DNA of 64,000 nucleotides from NCBI GenBank assembly GCA_044376115.1, contig JBILLK010000007.1:256001-320000 (forward strand). Reading direction: 5' to 3'. Shown piece after piece: positions 47,182-56,284 of this stretch. The notes below the pieces were generated by a model, which searched no databases, had not been told where the DNA came from, and worked only from the letters and a program-made list of their open reading frames with translations. Origin of the DNA: Polyangiaceae bacterium. Lineage in GTDB: Bacteria; Myxococcota_A; Polyangia; Polyangiales; Polyangiaceae. The number at the start of each line of letters is the position of its first letter. Position 1 is the first letter of the stretch. The translations under genes and the position numbers were made by a program.

Positions 47182-49872
47182 TCAGCGCTTAAAGATGGAC
47201 CGATCGATGGCAACGCCGCGAGAGGTTAAGTCCTCCGCGATGCGGGGAACCGTTCCTGTTGCGTTGAACGACCCCTCGACGAGCCCGCCAGCGGCGGTCC
47301 GCTCGACGGTGAAGTTGAAGATCTCACGAGCTTCAAGTGGGTTGGCGCCTGACTGCGCAAACTCCGCCACACGTGTTACTCGCTGACGACCGTCGCGCAA
47401 GCGACCAACCTCGATTACCAGATCGAACGCTCCCGCGAGCCACTCGCGCGCGGTGTCCGCGCTGATGCCCCTGCGGGAGGCAGCGATGTCCGCAGGCAAG
47501 CGCGCGGAGAGGTGCCTCAGGGTCGGGGCACGTGCCGCAGCAAGCACGCCGTCGAGCCCGTCACCAACCGCGTCCACGATCTCTCCAACCACATGCCCTG
47601 CAAACGAGCCGACGATCAGGCGGTCCGGTCGCACGCGAATGGCAGCATGCACAGTCTTTGCGCCTTCCGCTGCAGTGTCCCCAATCAGCAGCGAGATCGT
47701 GTGCGGTTGGTTCAGCACGAGCTCGTCATCCTCTTGCAGCAAAACAACGCGGTCTTCGAGGCTGCCCGCCGCGGCCAGCGCGCCGAGCAGCAACGTTGCA
47801 CCGGAGTTAGTTCCGCCAGTGACGAGAACGTTAGCCCGGCCTTGCACGACGTGGCTGAACAAGGTCGCCATTTGGCGTGAGATCATTCCTGTCCGGACGA
47901 GGTCTTCCAACGTCGAAAGAGCGCGCTGCGGTTTCCGCAGCACCAACATGTGCGCGTCCCCGGAGGCCGGCGGGATGACACCAAATAGGCGTGCACCGTG
48001 TTCAAGCCGACGCTCGACAAACACTTCGCCCTGAGCCAACGGTTTGCCCGAGCGAAGCGCCAGCCTGCGGACGAGGCGCGCAACCGCGGCTTCGCTAGTG
48101 AAGGCAATCTCGGTGGCGACCTGCTTTTGGGCGTGCAGCGCCACGATGTGGTCATGGCGAATGACCTGCACTTCGTCCACGTATTCGTCCTCGAGCAGGG
48201 GCCCAACCGGACCAAGCTCGAACAGCTCTCGTCGCGCCTCCGCCAGCAAGACCTCGGAGTCAACGCCTGGTGGAAGATCTCCGCTGGCGCGCAAAGCGGC
48301 TGCTTTCTCGGACAATGCACGTTCGATGGCAGCCACCATGGCTGAGCTTGGTGACTCACCACTGGCCAGCGGCCCGAGGTCAACCGCCGCGCCCGTTCGC
48401 TCGATCAGCTTGGCCAACGCAACGCGGTGGGACGCGGCGATCGAGGCATCGACCAGGCCTTCGCTGGCGACAGCCGAACGAACGCTCGAGCGAGGGGGCG
48501 TAGCTCCAGACGAGACGGGGATGGAGGAATGCGCCGGTGCCGCGTTGGGCGGAACCGAAGGCTGCACAGCGACGGGTGCCGGAGGTTGCGTCAGCGGAGC
48601 TGGCTGTGCCGCGGGAGCCACGGTCGCGGGAGCCACTGGTGCAACAACCACCGGAGGTGCGGAGGGCCGCCCCTCCATTTGGAGCACCGCTGGAGCCATA
48701 GGCGCAATGGGCGCAGGTGCAATGGGCGCAGGTGCAACGGGCGCTGGTGCAACGGGCGCGGGTGCAATAGGCGCGGGTGCAACGGGCGCAGGTGCAATGG
48801 GCGCTGGTGCAACGGGCGCAGGTGCAATGGGCGCTGGTGCAACGGGCGCAGGTGCAATGGGCGCGGGTGCAACGGGCGCAGGTGCAATGGGCGCGGGTGC
48901 AACGGGCGCAGGTGCAATGGGCGCTGGTGCAACGGGCGCGGGAGCAATGGGCGCTGGTGCAACGGGCGCTGGTGCAACGGGCGCGGGAGCAATGGGCGCT
49001 GGTGCAACGGGGGCCGGTGCAATCGGTGCCATGGGTGGAGGAGCCATGGGCGCCGGTGCAGGCGCTGGTGCCATGGGCGGAGGAGCCATGGGCGCTGGTG
49101 CAGGCGCTGGTGCCATGGGCGGAGGAGCGACGGGCGCGGGTGCAACGGGCGCCGATTGCATCATCCCAGGTCTGGGTGTCGGCTGGTTTGCAGGGGAGGC
49201 CGCGGCAGCAAACGGTGGCGGCGTGGCAGGAACCGAAACGCTGCCGAACGCCGGGCGCTCATTGGGCTCTGGGGTGAGTCGTTGCGGCGGCGCCATTGGG
49301 CCTGGGCCGAGAGACGTTTCCCGCGCGGAGACCGGACGGCCCGATGGTCCTAGCGGGGCAGGCGCTAGAGGGCCCATCGCTGCTGCGCGGTCAGCGGGTT
49401 GCATCGGTGCAGATTGCATCGGCGCAGGTGCCATCGGCGCTGCGGCAGGGGAAGGCGCAGGGGGAGGCGGCTGCATCGGGGGCGGGCCTGCCGTGGGTGC
49501 ACCCTGAACGTGCTCGGCTCCTGAACCCGACTCCACCGGCATCCCATCTCCGGCTCCAGCCGACGCTTGCGCCCCCGCTTCGGCCGACAGCTCGATGCGA
49601 AGTACGAAGTCGCCGATGTAGATCTTGTCGCCTTCGCGAACGATCGTCGCCTGCGCGATCTTGCGGCCGTTGACGTAAGTTCCGTTGGTGCTCTTCAGGT
49701 CGGTGACGATGAATCTTCCGTCGCGAAACAGCAGACGCGCATGCCGCTTGGAGACGTTTCCCTTCGGAAGGGTAAGGTCATTGCCCTGAACGCGGCCGAC
49801 GTTGATCTCCGTCTTGTCAAACGCCTCTCGGCGCTCGGCTCCGCCTTTCTCACTGATAATGATTGAGAACAT
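47182..49872 (-). CDS. FHA domain + Pro/Ala-rich linker + degenerate CpaF/TadA-like ATPase
   Basis: FHA motifs GR, VSKRHA, STNGTYVNG; TadA-like GPVGPLLED..VDEV and RPDRLIVG; Walker A reads GGTNSGAT. Confidence 0.88.
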   Translation of the reverse strand: MFSIIISEKGGAERREAFDKTEINVGRVQGNDLTLPKGNVSKRHARLLFRDGRFIVTDLKSTNGTYVNGRKIAQATIVREGDKIYIGDFVLRIELSAEAGAQASAGAGDGMPVESGSGAEHVQGAPTAGPPPMQPPPPAPSPAAAPMAPAPMQSAPMQPADRAAAMGPLAPAPLGPSGRPVSARETSLGPGPMAPPQRLTPEPNERPAFGSVSVPATPPPFAAAASPANQPTPRPGMMQSAPVAPAPVAPPPMAPAPAPAPMAPPPMAPAPAPAPMAPPPMAPIAPAPVAPAPIAPAPVAPAPVAPAPIAPAPVAPAPIAPAPVAPAPIAPAPVAPAPIAPAPVAPAPIAPAPVAPAPIAPAPVAPAPIAPAPVAPAPVAPAPIAPAPIAPMAPAVLQMEGRPSAPPVVVAPVAPATVAPAAQPAPLTQPPAPVAVQPSVPPNAAPAHSSIPVSSGATPPRSSVRSAVASEGLVDASIAASHRVALAKLIERTGAAVDLGPLASGESPSSAMVAAIERALSEKAAALRASGDLPPGVDSEVLLAEARRELFELGPVGPLLEDEYVDEVQVIRHDHIVALHAQKQVATEIAFTSEAAVARLVRRLALRSGKPLAQGEVFVERRLEHGARLFGVIPPASGDAHMLVLRKPQRALSTLEDLVRTGMISRQMATLFSHVVQGRANVLVTGGTNSGATLLLGALAAAGSLEDRVVLLQEDDELVLNQPHTISLLIGDTAAEGAKTVHAAIRVRPDRLIVGSFAGHVVGEIVDAVGDGLDGVLAAARAPTLRHLSARLPADIAASRRGISADTAREWLAGAFDLVIEVGRLRDGRQRVTRVAEFAQSGANPLEAREIFNFTVERTAAGGLVEGSFNATGTVPRIAEDLTSRGVAIDRSIFKR
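48701..49030 (-). repeat. 15-bp coding tandem repeat, about 22 copies, encoding AP(I/V)AP
   Basis: + strand unit ggtgcaa(t/c)gggcgc(a/t/g). Confidence 0.95.
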
Positions 49873-50071
49873 TTCGCTGCCGGCTGGTCGGTTTTCGCAG
49901 TGCTAGACGAACGCGAGCCATCGAGGACTCGTTCGCGCGCCTGCATACTAACGTGAATTCGGAGGGCGGGGACAGGTACCTGCATACCTTGTTCAGCATT
50001 CGGTTCGTGGCGCTGAGTTGGGCCCTTTGTCATCGGCTTTACGAGCACGCCTCAGCCACTCGATGTTGCGC

Positions 50072-50101
50072 TTGACCAGCCGGGGAGCCGGCGTCTACGT
50101 T
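50072..50101 (+). promoter_or_regulatory. Putative sigma70-type promoter for the cold-shock gene
   Basis: TTGACC-N18-TACGTT about 200 bp upstream of ATG 50306. Confidence 0.5.
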
Positions 50102-50305
50102 GCGCGCGCTCATCGAGGACCCTCGTCGAAGGGTGAGGGAGCTGCGAGTCGCGTGCTCAGCGTTTCAAGCGTTTGGCGCCCGATTCGTGATCGCTTTGGC
50201 AGGGCTTCTCTGCCGGCGCGACAGCGAGAGGCGCACCGTCTCTTGAGTCCTCGCAAAGCCTAAGCGTGGTAGGCGCTGCGGCCTGATGTGAAGTGGAGGA
50301 GTTTC

Positions 50306-50515
50306 ATGGCAGTTGGTAAAGTGAAGTGGTTCAACGACGAAAAAGGCTGGGGCTTCATCAAGCAAGACAGCGGCCCGGACGTCTTCGTTCATTACTCTCA
50401 GATCAGCGGTGACGGTCGTCGGCGCTTGTTCGAGGATGAGACGGTTGAGTTTGAAATCAAAGAGGGCCCCAAGGGCCTCCAAGCCGTGAACGTGATTCGA
50501 GCCGAGGCGAACTGA
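50306..50515 (+). CDS. Cold-shock protein (CspA family)
   Basis: GKVKWFNDEKGWGFI, DVFVHYS, GPKGLQA; GGAGGAG RBS. Confidence 0.96.
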   Translation: MAVGKVKWFNDEKGWGFIKQDSGPDVFVHYSQISGDGRRRLFEDETVEFEIKEGPKGLQAVNVIRAEAN

Positions 50516-50587
50516 CTTCACTCGTGTCGGTCGTTGAGAGGGCGGCTTGCAGCCGCCTTCTTACTTTTGTCGGTTGTGTGCGTCCTA

Positions 50588-51487
50588 TCAGCTGAGCGGC
50601 GACACGGTGAACGACTTCGAGCCGGGATCGAAGTGCGCGGTTGAGACGGCGCCAAGCGTTCCCTCAGGATCGAAGTCGAGCAGGTTGAAACCGGCCATCT
50701 TTGCGCTGTCTTCGTGCAATAGCGAGGCGCTGGTTGCGCCGATCACATCGATGTCGGCGCCGCGCACCGTCTTCACGTTGCGCCGCATGCGCTTGTGCCA
50801 ATGGCCGTGCAAGAGGACCGTGGACTTACCGGCGAGCACAGCCAGCTCCTCATCCGCGTCCGAGAGCCCCTCAAGCAGGCTCTTCATTCGATTGGCGGGG
50901 TTGTCGATCGGGTGGTGTTGAAGAATGACGCACGTACGTCGCGCGACTTCCGGATGGGCTAGTAGCGCCGCCAGCTGCGCTCGTTGGGCTGCGCCAAGCC
51001 TGCCCGCCGCAACGAACGGCAGCTGTGGGACTGCGGTCGAAAGTCCGATGATGGCCAGCGGACCGCGAAGGTGCACGTAGGGGAACGCGCCATCTCCCGT
51101 GACACTCTTGAGATCGTTCGTGAGAAACGGCGCAAACCACGTCGCGAACCGGTTCTTGCGCTCGGAGCCGCGCGTGTAAACGTCGTGGTTACCCGGAACC
51201 ATGCTGATCGCGCTGGCGGGAAGCGAGGTCTCGTTGGTCAAGAGCTCCACCACGCGGTCGAATTCTCCTTCGAGCGCCAAATTCGACACGTCGCCGGTGA
51301 TCACCAGGTGGTCCACCTTGAGCTCCGCGAGGGCTTGTAGCGCTAACCGAACCGGCTCCGGCTTGTGCTTATGACCGCGCTTGAGCTTGAGGTTTGCGTA
51401 GCCGGTGAGCCGCTTGTTGAACAAGCGTCCCGGGACCGCGCCGTCCAGATTCAGAATATGGAGGTCCGAGAGGTGAGCGATGCGCAC
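50588..51487 (-). CDS. Calcineurin-like metallophosphoesterase (CpdA-like)
   Basis: HLSDLH, ITGD, PGNHD, HHP, HGHWH. Confidence 0.92.
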   Translation of the reverse strand: MRIAHLSDLHILNLDGAVPGRLFNKRLTGYANLKLKRGHKHKPEPVRLALQALAELKVDHLVITGDVSNLALEGEFDRVVELLTNETSLPASAISMVPGNHDVYTRGSERKNRFATWFAPFLTNDLKSVTGDGAFPYVHLRGPLAIIGLSTAVPQLPFVAAGRLGAAQRAQLAALLAHPEVARRTCVILQHHPIDNPANRMKSLLEGLSDADEELAVLAGKSTVLLHGHWHKRMRRNVKTVRGADIDVIGATSASLLHEDSAKMAGFNLLDFDPEGTLGAVSTAHFDPGSKSFTVSPLS

Positions 51488-51567
51488 GCCGCGTTATGAC
51501 CCGACGCTCGGTGCGCGACAAGCCACGAGCCGGTCACAAAGTTGGGACTCGCGGTCACCTGGCCGAC

Positions 51568-53019
51568 ATGAGCTTGCGCCGCCTTTCAGCTTTGGGCCTT
51601 TCCCTCCTCATCGGTTGCAGTCACGAGGGAGCTACTCCTGTTGCAACTCCTGCCGACCCAGTCCTCACGACTGTGGCAACGAACGCCCCGGAGGGCGCTC
51701 CCGTCACCCTGGCTGTGAGCACGGACAGCTCAAACAGCCTGGTGCTCGCGGATCAGTCGAGCGAGCTCATCGTGCGTGTGCGCGTCACAGGGCTCGCTCT
51801 TCAAACTGCGGCGCGCCCGCCGATCAACCTGGCCTTGGTGGTGGATACCTCCGGGTCGATGGAAGGGCCCGAACTCGAACGCGAACGCGAGGCTGTACAG
51901 ACGCTGGTCGAGCACTTGCGCGATGGCGACGCGCTTTCGATCGTCACCTTTGGCTCGCGAGCGGAGCTGCTCGTGCCGGCGACGCGGCTCGATGCGACTG
52001 CTCGAACCAAGGTCAAGGCCGCGCTGCGAGCGATGCGGGCCTCCGGCACGACCGATCTCGCAGCAGGGCTCCAACTCGGGTTGGTCGAGGCTCAGAAGCT
52101 GCGCGTGGCTGACGGCATCAACCGCGTGGTGCTGGTCGGGGACGGCGTTCCCAATGACGCGTCGCCGGTGCCCGGGCTGATCGCGCAGGCCAAGCAACAG
52201 GCCCTGCCGATCACCACGCTCGGACTCGGCGCAGACTTCGACGAGACGCTGATGGCGCAGGTTGCTCGTGACTCGGGTGGTAGCTTTCATTTCGTCGACA
52301 CAGCGGCGCGCGTTTCCAAGGTTTTTGACGAGGAACTCGGCCGCATGCAGCGGGTGGCCGCCAACAACACCCGTGTGCAGGTTACGCCCGGTCCGGGCGT
52401 CGAGATCGTGGAGGTGATCGGGCAGCCGCAGGCAGTTCGCAGCTCGCGTGGGGTTAGCTTCTCGTTGGGGGCGCTCGCCGAGGGGCAAACGCGCGATACC
52501 TTTGTGCGTGTGAAGGTCAGTCCCCACAAGGCGGGGCGTACCGTGGAGTTGATGGACGTCGTTGCGCTCTACGTCCCGACGTCGCGCCAACAAGAAGTGG
52601 TTGTCACCGACTTTGAATCGGTGCGCTCGACGAGTGATGCCGGCGCGTTGGTCGAGAGCCAAAATCCCGAGGTCGGTCGGGAGTCAGCCCGCGCTCGGGT
52701 CGCCGACGGTATTGTTCAGGCGATCGCTATGGCGCGCGGAGGGAATCTCGCTGGGGCTCGCGGTCTTCTCGATCGGACTAGTCGGCTTGCGCGCGAGGAA
52801 GGCAAGCGACTGGACGATGTTGCGCTCAGCGACAAGGCCAAGGAGGTGCTGGCGCTCAAGTCCACGCTCGCGAGCTTGGCGCCCGCACCGCAACCGACTG
52901 CGCCGGCGCAAGGGGGTATCCCCCAAGCCAAGCCCAGCGCTGCCCCCATGCAACCAGAGGCTGCGATGGCGATGCGGCGAACCCATGGGGACGCGATGGA
53001 GACGCTGCAGGGCCTCTAG
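51568..53019 (+). CDS. vWA-domain lipoprotein (YfbK-like)
   Basis: Lipobox LLIGC; MIDAS motif DTSGSM, GTTD, LVGDG; TLGLGADFDE. Confidence 0.9.
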   Translation: MSLRRLSALGLSLLIGCSHEGATPVATPADPVLTTVATNAPEGAPVTLAVSTDSSNSLVLADQSSELIVRVRVTGLALQTAARPPINLALVVDTSGSMEGPELEREREAVQTLVEHLRDGDALSIVTFGSRAELLVPATRLDATARTKVKAALRAMRASGTTDLAAGLQLGLVEAQKLRVADGINRVVLVGDGVPNDASPVPGLIAQAKQQALPITTLGLGADFDETLMAQVARDSGGSFHFVDTAARVSKVFDEELGRMQRVAANNTRVQVTPGPGVEIVEVIGQPQAVRSSRGVSFSLGALAEGQTRDTFVRVKVSPHKAGRTVELMDVVALYVPTSRQQEVVVTDFESVRSTSDAGALVESQNPEVGRESARARVADGIVQAIAMARGGNLAGARGLLDRTSRLAREEGKRLDDVALSDKAKEVLALKSTLASLAPAPQPTAPAQGGIPQAKPSAAPMQPEAAMAMRRTHGDAMETLQGL

Positions 53020-53994
53020 CTAACGGCGCGGCTTTTCACCCGGCGCGAGCGTCGGCCTGTCGTAGGCGCAGCGAAAACCGCGAAAGCTGCGTCTGGCACC
53101 GGGGAAATCGTGACCGCGTGAAGCGGCGCGCAGCCATGGGCTCGCGTGCAAGTAGCTGCCTCCGCGTGTCACGCGCTCATCGCCATTGTTGGGCCCCTTT
53201 GGATTGGTGAGTGGGCCGTCGCCATAGGCGTCGAACCAATCCGCCACCCACTCCTCGACGTTGCCTGCCATGTCCAAGAGGCCCGAGGCGGTCCGACCGC
53301 GGGGAAAGCTGCCCGGTGGAGCAAGCTCCAAAAAACCGTCTCTCTCCTCGAACGGATCGATCGCATACCGACCGCCGTTGGCCAAGAACAGATTCCAGAC
53401 GTTGCCCCATGGGTAGCGGTGGTTCTTGAGTCCGCGGGCCGCGCGCTCCCACTCCGCCTCGGTGGGAAGCCTTCCACCGGCGAACTTGCAAAAGGTGACG
53501 GCGTCTTGAAACGTCACCATGGTCACCGGCAAGTCGGCTGCGTTGAAGCGGCCGCCGCCGGCGTCGGTGGGGCGTTTGCCGCAGGGACCTGCTTCCACAC
53601 AGCGCTCATACTGCGCAACGGTGACTTCGTGCGTGTCGAGCTCAAAAGCAGAAACGAACACCTCGTGAACAGGAAACTCGTCGGCGAAGACCTCCTCTTG
53701 GCACAAGCAGCGGGCGCTGAGGGCATCGCAGGTCCGACCGCCGGGCTGAGCTCGACACGTGGCGACGGCGGTGACGATCTCGCCGATGTCCGAGCCCATC
53801 TGAAAGCTGCCGGCTGGAATGAGCACCTTGCTCACCGCCGGCGCACGTAACGTCGTCACCGTGCTGCGTTTAGTGACGCGGATCTTGCGCTGGCCGGCGC
53901 TGCTCGCGAGCGACGAAAAGCCTAGCGTCAGCGAGACCGCCAGCGCGACAAGTAGCGCTGTCCGTCGGCTCGGCCGACGAGGCAGCGCCTTCAT
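53020..53994 (-). CDS. Exported formylglycine-generating enzyme (SUMF1/PvdO) family protein
   Basis: IPAGSFQMGS, HEVTVAQY, RLPTEAEWERAARG, DMAGNVEEW, RGGS, GFRC; ATGA overlap with pdhC. Confidence 0.9.
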   Translation of the reverse strand: MKALPRRPSRRTALLVALAVSLTLGFSSLASSAGQRKIRVTKRSTVTTLRAPAVSKVLIPAGSFQMGSDIGEIVTAVATCRAQPGGRTCDALSARCLCQEEVFADEFPVHEVFVSAFELDTHEVTVAQYERCVEAGPCGKRPTDAGGGRFNAADLPVTMVTFQDAVTFCKFAGGRLPTEAEWERAARGLKNHRYPWGNVWNLFLANGGRYAIDPFEERDGFLELAPPGSFPRGRTASGLLDMAGNVEEWVADWFDAYGDGPLTNPKGPNNGDERVTRGGSYLHASPWLRAASRGHDFPGARRSFRGFRCAYDRPTLAPGEKPRR

Positions 53995-55283
53995 GCGACC
54001 AAGATCTGCGTCGGATTCTCCAGAATGCTGCGCAGTGCCTTGAGGAAGGTGGCTCCTACCGCGCCGTCGATTACGCGATGATCGCACGACAGCGTCATCG
54101 CCAACTTTCGACCCGGGACCACCGCTTCACCCACGACCACCGGCTCGCGCCGCACTTGGCCCACCGCAAGGATCGCCCCTTCGGGAGGATTGATCACGGC
54201 GGAGAACTCGTCGATGCCGAACATACCGAGGTTGGAAATGCTGAACGTACCGTTCATCATTTCCTCGGGCTTGAGCTTCTTGTCGCGAGCGCGGGCCGCG
54301 AGGTCTCTGACTTCATCGGCGATCGCTAGCAGGCTCTTTTGGTCGGCGTTGCGGACCACCGGTGTCACGAGCCCGTCCTCGACTGCGACGGCGATCGAAA
54401 GATCGACGCGGCGGTGCACGAGGATGGCGGACTCGGTGAACTGCGCGTTGCAGGTGGGCACCCGCACGAGCGCGATGGCCACCGCGCGTACGATCAGATC
54501 GTTGAGGCTGACCTTGAGCGGCTCCACGCCTTTGCCAGCGCTGGCCGCGAGATCCGCGTTGATCTGTTCGCGAAGCGCGACCAGCCGGCCCGCGTCGATG
54601 TCGATCGTCAGATAGAAGTGAGGCACCGTCTGCTTCGACTCGGTCAGCCTTCGCGCGATGGTCTTGCGCATCATGCTGAGCGGCCGAACTTCGGGCTCTG
54701 CCAAGGGACCGCCCTCATTGCGACGCGCTGCGGAGCCGGCTGCTGCTTGTGGAGCGGCTGTTGCCTGGGGAGCGGCAACGGCCGTTGGTGCGCCCTCGAG
54801 ATCGCGCGCGATGATCCGCCCGTGCGGCCCAGTCCCGCGTACCCGCGCCAGATCGACGTTCTGCTCGCGGGCGACTTTGCGGACGTACGGGCTGGCGCGC
54901 AGCCTCCCAGAGGAGGGCTCCGCTGCAGCCGGCGCAGACGCAGCGGGAGCTTCGGCAGGCGCTGCGGCCGGCGCGGATTTGGCGGGCGCTGTTGCACCGG
55001 GGGCGGCCGGGGCCGAGCCGCCGGCAAGCGCGCTCACGTCTTCACCTTTGGCTCCGACGATGCACACCGGCTGACCGAGCTTCACGAGCGAACCGGCCGG
55101 CGCCAAGATCTTCAGTAGGACGCCGCTGTCGAAGGAGCGAAACTCCATCGTCGCTTTGTCGGTTTCTACCTCGGCTAGCAGCTCGTCAACGACGACAGCG
55201 TCGCCCTCGTTCTTGTGCCAGGTACTGATCTGACCCTCCTCCATCGTGGGGGAGAGCTTCGGCATATCGACGACTTTGGCCAT
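53991..55283 (-). CDS. pdhC: Pyruvate dehydrogenase E2 (dihydrolipoamide acetyltransferase)
   Basis: Lipoyl domain ETDKATME, E3-binding ASPYVRKVA..GTGPHGRI, DHRVIDG. Confidence 0.96.
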   Translation of the reverse strand: MAKVVDMPKLSPTMEEGQISTWHKNEGDAVVVDELLAEVETDKATMEFRSFDSGVLLKILAPAGSLVKLGQPVCIVGAKGEDVSALAGGSAPAAPGATAPAKSAPAAAPAEAPAASAPAAAEPSSGRLRASPYVRKVAREQNVDLARVRGTGPHGRIIARDLEGAPTAVAAPQATAAPQAAAGSAARRNEGGPLAEPEVRPLSMMRKTIARRLTESKQTVPHFYLTIDIDAGRLVALREQINADLAASAGKGVEPLKVSLNDLIVRAVAIALVRVPTCNAQFTESAILVHRRVDLSIAVAVEDGLVTPVVRNADQKSLLAIADEVRDLAARARDKKLKPEEMMNGTFSISNLGMFGIDEFSAVINPPEGAILAVGQVRREPVVVGEAVVPGRKLAMTLSCDHRVIDGAVGATFLKALRSILENPTQILVA

Positions 55284-56284
55284 TAGGCGCTCCTGTAACA
55301 GACCTGTTTTGCCGCCTCTACGATGCGCGGAGCCTGCGGGATCACGTACTGCTCGAGGTTGGCGTTGTACGGCATGGGCACGTCGCGCGTGGTGACGCGC
55401 AGAATCGGAGCATCGAGGTCGTCGAACGCCAGCCGCTGAATGCGATCGACGATCTCCGCTCCTACGCCGCCGTAGGGCCAGCCCTCATAGGCGACGACGG
55501 CGCGATGGGTCTTCCTCACGCTCTCCACCAACGTCTCCTCATCAAGCGGACGCAGACTGCGCACGTCGATCACCTCGGCGGAGATTCCCTCCTTCTCGAG
55601 CGCTGCCGCTGCCTCGAGCGAGACGTGCACCAAGCGGCTCCAGGAGATGATGGTGACGTCGGTGCCGGGCTTGGCGACGCGCGCCTTGCCGAAGGGTACG
55701 ACGAATTCCGGGTCGACCGGGATGGTGCCTTTGAGGTTGTAGAGCGTCTCGCTCTCCATGAAGAGCACCGGGTCGTCGTCGCGGATCGCGCTCTTGATCA
55801 GGCCCTTGGCGTCTTCGCAGGTGGCAGGCGCCACGACCTTGAGGCCGGGTACGTGGGTGTAAAAGTGCTCCATCGCGTGGGAGTGTTGCGCTGCGACCTG
55901 GCGAGCCGAGCCATTGGGGGCTCGCAACACGATCGGAACATGCAGCTGGCCGCCGGACATTTGCCGCATCTTGGCTGCGTTGTTGAGGATCTGATCGAAG
56001 GCCACGGCCGAGAAGTTCCAGGTCATGTACTCGACGATCGGGCGCAAGCCGACCATGGCCGCTCCAATCGAAATGCCGGTGAAGCCGCTCTCGGTAATGG
56101 GCGCGTCAATCACGCGTTTGGTACCGAACTTCTCGAGCATGCCCTCGGTCACCTTGTAGGCGCCTTGGTAGTAGCCCACCTCTTCTCCGACGATGAACAC
56201 GCGCTCGTCGCGCTCCATCTCCTCGATCATCCCCTGACGGATGGCCTCGCGAAAGCGAACCTCGCGAACTTGCTCAGCGCTCAT
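55283..56284 (-). CDS. pdhB: Pyruvate dehydrogenase E1 beta
   Basis: GEEVGYYQGAYKVT, DAPITE, AAQHS, RSLRPLD. Confidence 0.96.
   Translation of the reverse strand: MSAEQVREVRFREAIRQGMIEEMERDERVFIVGEEVGYYQGAYKVTEGMLEKFGTKRVIDAPITESGFTGISIGAAMVGLRPIVEYMTWNFSAVAFDQILNNAAKMRQMSGGQLHVPIVLRAPNGSARQVAAQHSHAMEHFYTHVPGLKVVAPATCEDAKGLIKSAIRDDDPVLFMESETLYNLKGTIPVDPEFVVPFGKARVAKPGTDVTIISWSRLVHVSLEAAAALEKEGISAEVIDVRSLRPLDEETLVESVRKTHRAVVAYEGWPYGGVGAEIVDRIQRLAFDDLDAPILRVTTRDVPMPYNANLEQYVIPQAPRIVEAAKQVCYRSA

Noticed and set aside
48044..49507. Gly/Ala-rich (GAGAT/GAGAM) 487-aa ORF and the RCNGR / HQRPL repeat ORFs
   Set aside because: Other frames of the 15-bp minisatellite; the minus-strand FHA-TadA frame has real domains on both sides.
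49873..50305. Possible tRNA or known riboswitch in the longest intergenic region
   Set aside because: No cloverleaf, T-loop or riboswitch consensus recognisable by eye; kept only as a putative csp leader.
51568..53019. vWA gene as the missing partner of the putative ternary-system genes
   Set aside because: About 40 kb away, exported lipoprotein of the common YfbK-like type; nothing links them.
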